64,000 nt of DNA from Eledone cirrhosa (lineage: Eukaryota): the NCBI GenBank assembly GCA_964016885.1, contig OZ024742.1, forward strand, positions 353,028,001 to 353,092,000, in the 5' to 3' direction. Numbering within the stretch: the first letter of the stretch is position 1; each line of letters starts with the position of its first letter. Positions 1-13,875 of the stretch are shown here, piece after piece. Under the pieces are notes generated by a model. The model worked only from the letters and a program-made list of their open reading frames with translations. It made no database searches and was not told where the DNA came from. A program made the position numbers and the translations under genes.

Positions 1-1086
1 TGACAACCATTTTACAAATTAACATTAAATTAATTTTAAAATTCATATATCATCTTATGAATATAAGACAGTTTAGAAACCAGGCTCTTGAAAATATCTG
101 TACGGTTAAAGATGGGAAATGTTTTCACTAGTTCTTCATTGAGTATTTTGCATAATATATCCTTAACAGCACAATCTTTACCCTTAAGAATTTCGTGAAA
201 TATTAAATGTATTTTTATGGAAAGATATTCCCTCTAAGTCAATAATGTATTATATAACAGTTTTCGATATTATATTAGTGAAACACATTGGCTAAGGAAA
301 ACTCAAAATTCATTCTATCTTTCGGGCCCCCACGAGACAAAAATCTTGTGTCCATTTAACGTTTCATATGAAAGAGACCGCAGTTCTTTTACTGAACATT
401 TACAGCTGATATATTCGAATTCATTGAAATGTATTAATATTCCCAGCATGAAATAAATTAATTTCTTCCAGATTTATTTTTCAACATAAAACGTATAACG
501 AAAAGAGGTACCGGAATTCTCAGAAATATATTCATAGAATTGCATTAATTAACTAGGTCTATATGTTTTTTTCTGTTTTATCCTATTACATTTTTAATCA
601 ATATTTCTTAATACAATAATTTTCCCATTCAACCCAGCATCCATTAAATTTATAGCTTGAAACGCGTATAAATATTGATTCATATTTTAGATTCCAAAGT
701 ATTGCCTTCAAGTACTGGATAATCAAAACTGATTTATTTTGCGAGTCTATATGACTTATACCATTGCTATGGATATATGATATATAAAACAGTACACATA
801 ATGGTGGAAAGGCTTAAATTATGCAGAAGACAATCTTACTCCTGATGTAAAATACTTGTTTCCGTAATAGTTAGGAGGAATATATTTAAATGCTCTCCAT
901 AAATATTGCACATTCTGAAGAGAAATGATTTATCTGATAAACTAGCAATTTTTCTGATCCTATAATTTGGAATACTTGAGTCATTCGATACATCGTATCT
1001 CTCATAATTTTCAACATAAGGAGAATAATCGGTTTCTTTTTTGACTTCAGCATCTTTATTGTCACTCATTCTCCGAAAAGTAATAG

Positions 1087-1147
1087 TAGAAGCAGCATTA
1101 GCATTAGCAACAGCAGCAACACCAGCAGCAGCATCAAGAACAGCATC

Positions 1148-1192
<45 letters not shown>

Positions 1193-1206
1193 TGTTGTAG
1201 TTGTTA
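1087..1206. repeat. Compound (GCA)n/(TAG)n trinucleotide microsatellite
   Basis: Degenerate gca/cag repeats followed by about 14 tag units; explains the poly-Ala/poly-Thr in ORF 836..1354. Confidence 0.95.
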
Positions 1207-2309
1207 TATAATTATATTCGAAACATATGATGTGAATGTACGGATGGCTTACGAGAAAATTAAAATTATTGGCAATATTCTTTGAGATGAATAAGGAAAG
1301 CAAAGAGAAACTAATTATAATTGGCGGTAACTCGCAAAATAAAGAGAAGGACATTTCAGGAAATGTGATATGTGTTTGAAAAACCTCTTTTAATTTTCTT
1401 GCATATATGTACCGTTTGAAATTTTACCATCGCAATTATCAAAATGTCAAAGTCAAGTTAAGTTTGTAATGCTGAATATATGACGGTTTTAAGCGCATAG
1501 ATACATGGCCCTGTGTCTTGTATAATCGCCCAACCCCATTTAATCATTTTTCAGATGTTTTCATCACACCCGCTCTTATTTCATCACCCGTTTATAAAAT
1601 GATACCCACCAATCTCCTGTGAAATTTTATTTTAAGTGGTAGCAATCCTGTGATAATCTTAGAGACTAAAATATATTATACATGACGAAAATGAACAACA
1701 AAACATTACTTTAAATTCCATACGTTATAAAATAAATAGGAGGGGTTAGGGTCTCAATTTGTCAATTAAACGACTAATTATGTATGTTAAAAATCAACGG
1801 TGACAACCTAGAAACATTACCGATTTTGAACACCCCGCTCACTTATCCGCTGTCCCTTATTGTTTTAGACGTGATGGTAGTTTGAGTGGTAGTATTTGGC
1901 TCATTGGTTACGGTGTTCATCTCCATATCGAAGGATCGTGAGTTTTACACTTTGGGCAAAGTTCTGAACGTAAACCTTCAAATTTATTTCAAGCCTCTCT
2001 TTTCAGTTCAATTGGAAACAACTTTTCTGCTTCTGATTCAAATCTTACATCGTGTGAGATACTGTGAAAGAATTACGTGAATGTTGGTCCAGTCTGTATA
2101 ATTTTGAGGCACCTAATTTGATGAGCACAATAATAGCTTTATTTGAAAACTAGAGAAGAATTATTTCGAACGGACGAAAAGACAGGCGCAAACATACTAA
2201 GACAAACAAACTTAGACAGTATTAAGTTATAAATATAACATATTGGAATAAGGTAAGGAATCCGTTCAACAGATATCAAGTAAGCTAAAACGTACTGAAT
2301 GATGTACGC

Positions 2310-2392
<83 letters not shown>

Positions 2393-2395
<3 letters not shown>

Positions 2396-3729
2396 AGACG
2401 TAATATAAGAAAATTATAAAATTAGCTTACTTACTAAAATATCACTTCCAACTAATTAGTTTCTGGAATGGAGTAAATATATTTTCCGAAGAATAATACA
2501 GAGAAGCATTCCGTCGTCAGGAAAGTCTATTCGCATGTAAGTTTCCAGGCAAAGCGAGGACACTGGAAACTTATTAAAAAATAATTCAGTGGATAGGAAA
2601 TAGCAAAGCGCGGACTGAATTCCAAGCCATTGAGAAAATCACTGCCTCTACGTATGTGGCAAATTCAAAAAGAATCGAACACGTGACATCGAGGTCAATC
2701 AGTGGAAAGTGGTTTGCTAATAAGACAGCGGCCTGCCTACAACCGTAGCAGCAGTCATGGCCAATATTGCTCGACAAATAATTTGGAGATAATAATAAAG
2801 AATTCATATCTAGTAACATATATATACATACAGATGTATACCAATGCTAGCAAATATATAGGTTTTATCTTAATAACAGTGTGGTTCAATGCATGGGGTT
2901 GCAGACCAATAATATAAGAGATGTAAAATAAGAAAATTATAAAATTAACTTACTTACTAAAATATCACTTCCAACTAATTAGTTTCTGGAATGGAGTAAA
3001 TATATTTTCCGAAGAATAATATATAGAAGCATTCCGTCGTCAGGAAAGTCTATACTCATGTAAGTTTCCAGGCAAAGCGAGGACACTGGAAACTTATTAA
3101 ACAATAATTCAGTAGATAGGAAATAGCAAAGCGTGGACTGAATTCCATATATTTACTAGCATTGATATGCATCTGTATGTATATATATGTTACTAGATAT
3201 GAATTCTTTATTATTATCTCCAAATTATTTGTCGAGCAATATTGGCCATGACTGCTGCTACGGTTGTAGGCAGGCCGCTGTCTTATTAGCAAACCACTTT
3301 CCACTGATTGACCTCGATGTCACGTGTTCGATTCTTTTTGAATTTGCCACATACGTAGAGGCAGTGATTCTCTCAATGGCTTGGAATTCAGTCCACGCTT
3401 TGCTATATACTATCCAATGAATTATTTTTTAATAAGTTTCCAGTGTCCTCGCTTTGCCTGGAAACTTACATGAGAATAGACTTTGCTGACGACGGAATGC
3501 TTCTCTATATTATTCTTCGGAAAATATATTTCCTCCATTCCAGAAACTAATTAGTTGGAAGTGATATTTTAGTAAGTAAGTTAATTTTATAATTTTCTTA
3601 TTTTACGTCTCTTGTTCTGCAACCCCATGCATTGAACCACACTGTTATTAAGACAAAACCTATATATTTGCTAGCATTGATATGCATCTGTATGCATATA
3701 TATGTTACTAGATATGAATTCTTTATTAT
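2393..3729. mobile_element. ORF-less HHR-bearing retrozyme-like element, family RZ-A, insertion 1 (tandem arm plus inverted arm)
   Basis: 523-bp monomer 2393-2915 and partial repeat 2916-3148 (sense on -), inverted arm 3149-3729 (sense on +), (TA)n on both flanks. HHR motifs at 2444-2526(-), 2967-3049(-), 3480-3562(+). Confidence 0.85.
2444..2526 (-). ncRNA. Type I hammerhead ribozyme (RZ-A) with extended stem II
   Basis: Reverse strand reads actttc-CTGACGA-c-ggaatg...cattcc-a-GAAA-ctaattag-TT-ggaagt: stem I actttc/ggaagt, stem II ggaatg/cattcc, palindromic stem III ACTAATTAGT, GUU cleavage triplet. Confidence 0.8.
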
Positions 3730-3996
3730 ATATATATATATTAATAAAAGGAATTCCAACTTTGTCTGATTTACGCGTTTTATTTACAATCCTTTAAAAT
3801 GTATAATGGTATTAGAATGAAATAGTATGGTAGAATATTAAATGTTAAGTGTTAATTGAACAAGTACATTCATGCTTTCGCAATCTTCAGGTTCATAATG
3901 TTTGGTGACAGTGAAGTTTGCAATTTTCAATTGTTGCAATTTTCACAGTTTGCAATTTTCACAGTATTGGCAACATGACACTCCCAAAGTATAACC

Positions 3997-4350
<354 letters not shown>

Positions 4351-4399
4351 GGCTACAGGACCCACGACACCCGGTGGCACAAACCGATTTTGAAAAACC

Positions 4400-6968
4400 G
4401 AAAATAATCACCGTTTCATATACAAACTTCTCAGCCTAACAATTTAAAATTCTCTCCAGAGGACTGAAATTCACACCAACACCGCAATACTCTAACCTCA
4501 ATGAGATAAACGACGATATTTCACACTCCTGTGGAAAATTACGTCTCACAGTGAATTCTTTGACAAGGAGAATAACAACTAATCAAGTGTACGAATATAA
4601 AAGCAGCTACAACCTCAAAAAGGGTAGGAACAGAGTTCTGGACACATTTTCTGACCTCATAATAAGTTTCCCATACCATGAACTATCGCAACCTAAACTC
4701 AAACCCAAAACGAGTCGAACGGAATGGCAGATTATTCATGACCGAAAAAAACACTACTGACATTGTAATTAGGGAATGGGACAAGGGTAATACTGTTGTA
4801 ATTTTGGATGCTGAACAATATAGAAATGATGTTCTCTCTCTTACAAGACACTAACTACTATTAAAGAGTAAAAAACTACCAGCAATAAAAAACGATGACC
4901 AGATTATACACATTCATTTGTCGATACAAGGAAGACTTAACTAAAAAGGAAGGCAATTATTTAACAGATTTTGAATACAAAAGCAACAACCTTTACGGAC
5001 CTCCGAAGATCCACAAGTGGAAAATAATTAACGATCCCTGTAAAGAATCCACTTCAACCTGCGTGAACACACAATACGCCACAGACCTTGAATTAAGACC
5101 AATTGTAAAGGGCCCACAATGTGAAATACAGCAACTTTATAGACATACTACTAAAACCAATTCTCAAACACATACCACGCCTTGTAAGAGACGATCTGGA
5201 CCTCTTAAACCACCTCCCCAAACATGTGAACAACGATACTATTATTGTCTTTCGATGTAGTGAATCTCTACACAACGATCCCACACCAATACGGATTAAT
5301 ATCAATAGGATTCTGGCTAGAGAAATATCATATCCCAATGAGATACCTGACATAATAGAAAAGCGCTTCATCACCGAGGGATTAACATTTATTTTACAGA
5401 ACAATTTTTTTCATTTCGATGGAAGTACTTACAAACAAATATCGGAGACTGCGATGGGCAGAAAAGTTGCTGCAACATATGCTAACTTAATCATGGTATT
5501 CTTAGAAGTCCAGATATATGAACACTCCAAATCAAAATAAGGATTGAACTTCCATAAATATTTATCAGGGAACTGGAAAGGCTACTTGGATGATTGTCTC
5601 ATTCTTTGATCTCACACACTCAACCAACTAAATGATTTCAAAAAATTAATTAATGGCATCAAAAACCACATCCCATTCACAATGGATTACAACCAAAATC
5701 AACTCGCATTTCTGGACATCTTAATCATAAAAAAGACACAAATATTGAAACTGACATACACTACAAACCAACAGATTCCAAATCTTACCTGCTATTCACC
5801 TCCACCCATCCAAAGCACACGGAGATGAACATCCCCTTTAACCCAGTAAGAAGAATTTGAACAATTGTCTCCAATTATGAAACGCGAAATAAAAGACTTC
5901 AACAATTAAAGGAAATTCTACTCTAAAGACAGTACCCACCATTACTAATAAATAATAAAATAGAAAGGGCTAAAGCAATAGGCATTGATGAATTACGAAA
6001 ACAGAAACAGATTGAAGGTACGTCCAAGCATCTATCATATATATCAGCAGACAACGCAAACATGAGGTAGCTTACCACATTATTTACAAGAACATCACGC
6101 TATTGAAACAAGACCCAAAAATAATCAAAAGCAAAAGACAACCAAAATCACTAAAACCATTACTCACTAATGTCAAATTACCTACCACAAACCCACAACC
6201 AACTGTCGAGAAAGGTCGTCGCTCTAATTGTGGAACCTGCAATCACCTCATTGAATGCAACATGTATACATTTAAATCAGGACAACATTTTGTTGTAAAA
6301 AATCATTTCACTTGCTCATCAAAAAATGTACTTCATGTCATTAAATGTAAATGATGCAATGAATATTATATAGGACAAACTAAACTCACACTCAGAAACA
6401 GAATGACAATTAATAGCCAACAATTACGAGAGCCTACCAAGACAGATATCACTCAGTGCACATCTAGACATATGCGCACGTAATAAGATACCCAAATTCC
6501 AAGTCTTCCTATTTTACTTTTGCGCTGACAATACAACAGAACAAATACGAATAAATAAGGAAAATATGTTTATTAAAAAATATAGACCAGCATTAAATAT
6601 AATTTAATATACATTATGTCAACACCATAACATTCTAACCATCCAAACAGACACATACATACACACACACACACACACATAACACATTCCATATCCTAAA
6701 ATAAAAACTAGGGCTGAATAAACCTTAACATACGGTAATACTCTAACACCTTAACATACTAACCCCACATACCCCCACACACACATACACACATAATTCC
6801 CTCCTCCCATTTCTTCTAATAGAATCATTTTCCTACACACGCACATGAAATATATATAATTTCTCCATCTTAACATGCTAACCATACTCCCACACACACA
6901 TATATCACCCACACCCATACACATACAACTCCCTCCCTCATTCCTACTAATAGAATCATCTTCCTACA

Positions 6969-7031
<63 letters not shown>

Positions 7032-7841
7032 ACACACACACACACACACCAGCACACAAATAAAAATACATATCTCTACTTTCTTTATTTCAATAGAAAG
7101 TCTGAATTTTGCCACCACAGCGCACCAGCCATATTCACTGAGCCAGAACAATTCTCCCCATCCCGTTTTTCTTGACCATTATCTTTAGTTTGGCACAACA
7201 TTTTCTAAATGGCTACAAAATAAATTCCCAAATACGGGCGCGAAATTTAATGTACTTGTTCCCGTGACAGTTTAATTTCATTTATAAGCAATCAAATTAC
7301 ATTTCAGCACATCAGCAAATCTCAATGACCCAGAACAATTCTCTCCATCCCTCTTTTCTTGACCATTATATGTTGTTCCGCTGAAAATTATCAAAATGGC
7401 TACAAACGAATGTAATCTACTTGTTCACGTAACAGTCATAATTTTAATTATAACCAATCAAATTACATTCATAAAAAAGGCTTCGTGAGCCACTTTTTTT
7501 AAGTAAAAAGAAATTCAAAACATTTAAGTAAAAAGAAATTCAAACACAAACTGGAGCGAAAGGTGGTGTGCTTATTCACGTGACTGCATCAACCAACCAA
7601 ATTTCACTCGTAAAACAGAAGTAAACTTCGAACACCATCCAAATACGAGAAAAACCACAAATCCTCCATTTCAATTCTACTTTTGAAAAACACAAGAACT
7701 GCGAAACCGGTAAAGGAAACAAATAAATATGTAATTTTTTAAAAAGTACTTCAGTTGCATTTTCGATTTCTTATTTTTTCCTTGTACTTTCACACGTGTA
7801 GGAAATCTCGTTTTTTTTCCATTTTGTATTAGAAACCTCAG

Positions 7842-7848
<7 letters not shown>
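4400..7848 (+). mobile_element. Decayed Neptune-like Penelope-like element (RT + Cys linker + GIY-YIG) with long 3' region
   Basis: Broken frames give GLKFTPTP, PKIHK, LRPIV, TAMG..ATYANLIM, WKGYLDD, FLDI, NCGTC and VIKCK*CNEYYIGQT, ending near 6607. 3' region has (CA)n, internal duplications (7143-7285 vs 7331-7470) and the family C terminus next to (TA)n. Confidence 0.92.
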
Positions 7849-7875
<27 letters not shown>

Positions 7876-7878
<3 letters not shown>

Positions 7879-8847
7879 AAATTTTATTTAAATTGTTGGG
7901 ATACAACAAGCAAATATTGTTATAACTGATATAAAGCACTCGACAAATATTTGGAGTAGATATACGATATTAATAAATGGAAACTATATTTATAAAGCCA
8001 TATTTATTTCATTATATATATTTCAAGGATACCAAGTCACATTATGGTTACATTAATTTTTAATTAATTACACAGGGAATGTATGGCAAAAAATTCACTT
8101 ATGCTTTGTATATATATATTGTGTGCGGGAGTAGATATAATGTGTATTTTATGAGTGAGTGTGTATATATATATATATATATTTATGTACCTTTGCCTAT
8201 GTGTATGTAATATGCGATAGATAATCTCTCTAGCAATATATATATATTTTATAATGTTTAAATTCCAATTTTTAATATATTGATCTCAATTTTAAACTAA
8301 ATATCTAATCATAATTAAACAATGTGTAATTTCTCATATTATATATCTATATTCCATTCATGAATATTAATATTTCTAATTTTATTTATGATTTTCATCC
8401 CAATTGTTAACTCAACGTAATATGACAACCCAAGGCTCCCGTTCTCTCCCCCCTCTCTCTATCTCTATATATCTTTCACTGGATTTTTTTTCTCTGTCTG
8501 ATGGTTTGATATCTCCCCGTTATTTTTCCTCTGTTCTCTTTTCTTTTTGTTTTCTTCTTTTTCTTTATCTATCTCTCCCTTTCTTTTCTCCACATTTCTC
8601 TCTCTCTCTCTCCATCTTTTTACTTACTCTTAACACTATGACTTACTAAAGTAAACAAATCACTATTCTGATGGCCTCCAAATACAACGGTCAATTTTTA
8701 AAAGGTGTACGTCAATGTCTATATATAAAACTGTTATATATTGTATTTTGTCTGATGAAGGCATACCATAATGTAACTTGGTATCCGTGAAATATATATA
8801 ATGAAATACATATGGTTTTATAAATATAGTTTCCATTTATTAATATC

Positions 8848-8850
<3 letters not shown>
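7876..8850. mobile_element. ORF-less fold-back PLE end fragment (family E')
   Basis: 7963-8048 is the inverse of 8766-8850; the left end has an extra 87-bp tail (7876-7962); (TA)n on both flanks; HHR at 8743-8809. Confidence 0.8.
8743..8809 (+). ncRNA. Type I hammerhead ribozyme (family E')
   Basis: gtattttgt-CTGATGA-aggcatacca...tggtatccgt-GAAA-tatata-TA-atgaaatac: 9-bp stem I with GU wobbles, palindromic stem III. Confidence 0.75.
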
Positions 8851-8897
<47 letters not shown>

Positions 8898-8900
<3 letters not shown>

Positions 8901-9041
8901 CCAGATTCCTGATAGTTTCTAAAGAATGAAACAGTTCTAGTTCTGTAGAATCTCATCTATATTAAAACTATTATACCCTGCTATGTATTGAGTACCTTAC
9001 TTACTGTGGTTACTTCCGATTCAGCACTGAATAACTTACCT
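8898..9041 (+). mobile_element. PLE 3'-end fragment (family G) with decayed HHR
   Basis: agattc-CTGATA-gtttctaaagaat-GAAA-cag..ctg-TA-gaatct at 8903-8953 (core one base short). The same sequence recurs as a mini fold-back at 42665-42765. Confidence 0.65.
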
Positions 9042-9054
9042 ATACATATATATA

Positions 9055-9759
9055 TTTTTTTTTTTCTAGGGAGGGTAACATTCCCCAGATCCATGGACGA
9101 GTTCTCTCCGGCGGTCTCTGTCCCTCATTATCGCTGCCATGTCCTGCGTCTCCAACAGACCAGTGTCTGTCCTTAGGGCATCAACATACATTAACCTTTG
9201 TCTACCTCTTCCAGTGTGTCCATGTAGGGTCTCCCACAGGAGCATTGAGTGCAATCTTATCTCGGGATGCCGCTGTACATGTCCATCTAACCTCAGTCGC
9301 CTCTGTGTCACTTTTGAGCTGACTTTTGGGAGACTCCCATACAGCTCTGAGTTTTTAATCATCAGTATATACTGATTAATGTTCAGAGCGATCCTGAGCA
9401 TTCTCGTGTAGCACCCATCCACCATCTGAGTGTGTTTGTTGGCCAGTGTCCAAGTCTCAGACCCGTACAGCAGCACAGACTCCACTACAGCAATGAAGAG
9501 GCGGATTTTCAGGTCTTTACGAAGGTCCGAGTTCCACACCAATCTCAAGCTCTGTCGATGAGTGTGGGGCTGAGAATGAATGAGACTAAAACAAAATATA
9601 TGGTATAGAATGTTGAGAAGCCAGAGGGGATCACAAATGTAGGCGGGAAAACGATAGAATTGGTTGAGGACTTCCTGTATTTGGGAGCAAAGATTGGGAA
9701 TACCGAAGATGATGTGGTTGAGAAGAAGAGCAAAGCCTGGCGGCGTGCCACAGCTTGAT
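9055..9759 (-). mobile_element. RTE-like LINE 3' fragment with inverted 5' segment
   Basis: Minus ORF 9066..9548 (KIRLF..VESVLLYGSETW..RMLR..RRLRL.GHV.R) followed by poly(A). 9552-9759 encodes the preceding RT thumb (GLRMNETKTKYM..IELVEDFLYLG) on the + strand. Confidence 0.88.
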
Positions 9760-9762
9760 ATT

Positions 9763-9830
<68 letters not shown>

Positions 9831-9832
<2 letters not shown>

Positions 9833-10812
9833 ACGGCGATGAATTAGTTTTGCGAGGTATTTTATATGAAATCGTGTGTCCAAACAAATATTGTTATACT
9901 TGGGGAGGGTCATATTTGTGTAATATTGCCAGAATTAATAACAGAACACACTCACTGTTTGTTTGGTTTTCGCTTTTCGCTTCTGTGTCTTTTATATCGG
10001 TAATCAAATTTATTCGGTCCTCAATGTTGAAATTGACTGACCGACGGTCAAAAATACAGATACAATATAGACACAAACACATATATAGTCTATCAAAGTT
10101 CTTTCGTTGCACATCTGCATTATCGTCAGTGGTGCTATTGTTTCCTCCCGTTACATTGTATGTCTACGCCACTTTTTTATTTTGGCTGTCTATATATTTA
10201 TTTATTTATTTGTTTGCTTGTTTATTTTATTGTGTCTTTTTGCGCATCAATTTGCGTGTGTGTATAGTGTTTTGTTTGATGTGTGTTCGTGATTGGGTGA
10301 CTAGTGTTTGTTTATATGTGTTTGTTGTTATTGTGCTTGTGTATGTATTTATTTATTTATTTATATATTTATTTATTTATTTATTTATTTATGCTTCTCT
10401 TAGGTCAGTGTTGTTTGTTTGGATGTTGTTGTTATTTCATTCATTCTTTCTGTTTAGTCTTGGATTTCTAAGTTCTAAAATAAACAAACAAACAAATAAA
10501 TAAATAATTATATAGACAGACTAAATAAAAATGGCGTAGACATACAATGTAACGGGAGGAAACAATAGCACCACTGACGACGTTGCAGATACGCAACGAA
10601 AGAACTTTGATAAACTATACATATGTGTTTCTGTCTATATTGTATCTGTTTTATTTTTGACCGTCGGTCAGTCAATGGCAACATTGAGGCCCGAATAAAT
10701 TAGATTACCGATATAAAAGACACAGAAGCGAAAAGCGAAAACCAACCAAACACTGAGTGTGTTCTGTTATTAATTCTGGCAATATTACACAAATATGATC
10801 CTCCCCAAGTAT

Positions 10813-10816
<4 letters not shown>
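9831..10816. mobile_element. ORF-less fold-back element, family B1
   Basis: 9892-10215 is inverted at 10486-10816; 60-bp extra tail on the left; terminus cctccccaagtataaca then (TA)n. HHR-like CTGACGA-c-gttgc/gcaac-GAAA-gaac-TT at 10570-10612(+), related copy 10090-10135(-). Confidence 0.8.
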
Positions 10817-10884
<68 letters not shown>

Positions 10885-10889
<5 letters not shown>

Positions 10890-11377
10890 ATACTTTGGGA
10901 GTGTCATGTTGCCAATAAGAAACACACGCACCATTGCTTTCATTTCAATTTATTATAATAAATTTATAAATTTAGGAATTTATAAATTTCTGGTTGGTTG
11001 GTTGGTTCCACAACCAGATAGTTGTTTATATATTGTCAAAGTTGAACACACACACAGAAACAAAATGGCGTAGGACAGAACAAAGGAGAAGCACAGAAAC
11101 AAAAAAACAAAGAATAAAATCCCCAGTCACCGAAGAGGTCACATAATGTGTGACGAAAGAACTTCGACAATAGATAAACAACTATCTGGTTGTGCAACCA
11201 ACCAACCAACCAGAAATTTATAAATTCCTAAATTTATAAATTTATTATAATAAATTGAAGTGCAGCTGGGTGTGCATGTGTTTCTTATTGGCAACATGAC
11301 CCTCCCAAAGTATAACAATATCGGTTTCAACACACGATTTCAGATAAAGAATCTTGCTAAACAAATTCAGAAACGAA

Positions 11378-11378
<1 letters not shown>
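10885..11378. mobile_element. ORF-less fold-back element, family B2 (related to B1)
   Basis: 10885-11040 is inverted at 11165-11320; tail 11321-11378. HHR-like CCGAAGA-g-gtcac/gtgac-GAAA-gaac-TT at 11125-11168. A further terminus fragment lies at 3966-3996. Confidence 0.8.
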
Positions 11379-11408
<30 letters not shown>

Positions 11409-12684
11409 ACACTCATGATATCATTTTAATTAAACTTAAGAGACTTTCGAATATTTAAATCTTGAATATATAATGCTCCGTGGGCAGAAACACTGCTTTA
11501 TTAAAGTCGGTGAAATAGCTGGGTAATGTTAACTGACATGTCTGTGCTGTGTAGAACCTCGCATCTCTCGTATACCTGACAAGCACGACAACTATTACGC
11601 TGATGGTTCTTTGATTACTAAGCGTAATGCTTGGTTGAATTATGTGTATATAAACACAAATATAGACATATGATTGAAAACAAATGTAATTTATGGAAAA
11701 TAATTTCTGATATAACTATATTAACATTAAATAAACTAAAGTGAGAATTAATAACAATTAGACAAAGCATATAATGATTATGCTTTTTTTCTTATTTCTC
11801 CAATTGTTTGTTTGTCAATGGGAAGGAAATCCATATCCTATAGTAATGTAAATGTAAAATTGATAATTTAATGTTATACACACTTTTTTGAAAATATTTT
11901 TTCATTGAAAATTTTCACTGGTAATTAAACCACTCTAGCTTCAAAAAGAAAATGTAATCAATGTTCATGGGAAATTGTTCATATTTCGTTTGCTTGAATT
12001 GCTGTAGCATGGCGCTGTGCCAGAATGAGGTAAAATTCTACTCTATTTTTCTTATGTTGAAGTAAATTGGTAATAGGAATCAAAAGGTTAGTGACATTTT
12101 CTTAAATTCACATGCCCTTTTAATTGAATTTAGAGTATACGATTAGTTTTGGCAGAAGTGTATTTAAAGAAAATTGTGGTTGGTTGGAGGGAATTATACG
12201 GTTCTGTGAATGGATGAGGTAAAAATCAATTTTAACGTAATCATTGTGATTTTAAATTTTGGGGTGAAGAACCTGTGTTTCCAACAAAATTAATTATCTT
12301 CTTCATCATTCTCTCTATAATTTCTCTGCGTCTAAAATGTTCTATTACTTGCCACACAGTGTATAATAAATCATATGAAATATAGTCCGTTTATAGATTT
12401 CAATTGTGGTATTTATTTTTTGTTCAATATGAGAGACACAATAGTTTGCACGAAAAGAGAAAGAAATGACAGTAGCAACTATATAACAAATACATATACA
12501 TCTACCATAAACATAAAATATTCTAGTTTAAAATGTTATCATCATTACCATTGCCATTATAATCATCGAACATAATAATTGTATAGATGTTACAATATTA
12601 AAGAAGCTAGTCCATTATCTATAGTAGAACCGGCATAATGTATTGCATTAATAACTATGTGTGGTGGATGGGCATTATTGTTAA

Positions 12685-13240
12685 GGGCGGTGAATTGGCA
12701 GTATCTGTAGAGGGTCGGACGCCATGCTTTGACGCATAGAGTTACGGCCTTTGCCATCCTGAGTTCAAATGCCGCCCAGGTTAACTTTGCCTTTCATCCT
12801 TACAGGGTCAATAAAATAAAGTACCAGTAATATACTGGGTAATTGCTGGCCTTGTGCCAATAGTAGAAACAATTATTGGTAGTGGGTCGGACTCCATGCT
12901 TTGCAGCAGATAGTGACGGCCCTTTATGGTCTGGTTTCAAATCCCGCCGAGGTTAATTTGCCTTTCATCCATACGGGGTCGATAAAATAAAGTACCAGTA
13001 ATACACTGGTTAATTGCTGGCCTTGTGCCAATATAAGAAATAGTTATTGGTAGATCTTCGAAAACATATGTTTATGTATATATGGCCCTCTCCGCTTTCA
13101 GTTTCAATCCCGCCAAACAAAGATGTGCCTTTCATTCTTACAGATAGAAAACGCTATCTGTAACTCACTGGCGTCAATTGAATGAAATTTCTCCCGTCCA
13201 AAAATGCTTGGTATGTTGCCTTAATCAGAAACAGTTAGTA
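12685..13240 (+). mobile_element. Three tandem copies of a tRNA-derived SINE (third copy decayed)
   Basis: gggcggtgaattggcag head, B-box-like gagttcaaat, body ttaactttgcctttcatcctt..gtc(g/a)ataaaataaagtaccagt, tail gaaacaattatt. Copies at about 12685-12877, 12878-13048 and 13085-13240. Confidence 0.85.
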
Positions 13241-13835
13241 ACTATGAACAGATCAGACGAATGAGACGTAAAACACTAATATTAGCATATGAACGACTTA
13301 AATGTTAAATCCCTTGCTTTCTTGAATTTAAGATTTGGAATTATAAATATTTAATGGTGTGGCATTAAATCGCTGCAAAAATCATCGTATCACATAGTTC
13401 AGATGGATTTTTATAATATACTAGTAAGGTCCTGTCGGTAAATATAATTCTGCTGTAATATTCTCTGTCAACAACAACACGTTTTCACTGAGTTACTTAA
13501 TTAACTGCTGTGTGTACGTCCCATGCGATAAAATAACTTTCTCTGTAATTCTTTAACAACATTCAAAAAATAAATTAAACATCTTAAATTTATTTACACT
13601 ATATCTATAATTCTTATTATTCATTGGGGCCCTCATCATCCAAAACTTAAAATAATGACCTGATGATGCTCTACTATTATGTGGTAATATTGAAGTTGAT
13701 GCAGGTGTAGACATTAAAGTACCTCTTTTGTTGTATACACACACAGACACACCGACATACACACACAGACACACCGACACACATATATACACCCACATAG
13801 ACACAGACACACTCACACACACACACACACACACA

Positions 13836-13872
<37 letters not shown>

Positions 13873-13875
<3 letters not shown>

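Noticed and set aside
1884-1975. Decayed SINE head (tggctcattggtta..ttgggcaa)
   Set aside because: Too degenerate to delimit or classify.
2586-3420. Paired 71-82 aa ORFs in RZ-A
   Set aside because: Not preserved in the other two RZ-A insertions; mirror products of the inversion.
6352-6354. In-frame TGA codons in the Cys-rich PLE regions (also 19984-19986) as possible selenocysteine, as in Naiad PLEs
   Set aside because: They align with Gly (CSGC in the sister element) and Arg positions, not Cys, and the elements have many other stops and frameshifts; simple GGA/CGA to TGA decay.
9831-11378. DNA-transposon MITEs with TIRs and TA target duplication
   Set aside because: Arms vary in length, termini are asymmetric and HHR-like motifs lie inside, which fits PLE fold-backs.
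13655-13705. CTGATGA with a weak hairpin as an HHR
   Set aside because: Followed by GAAG, with no stem III, cleavage triplet or stem I.
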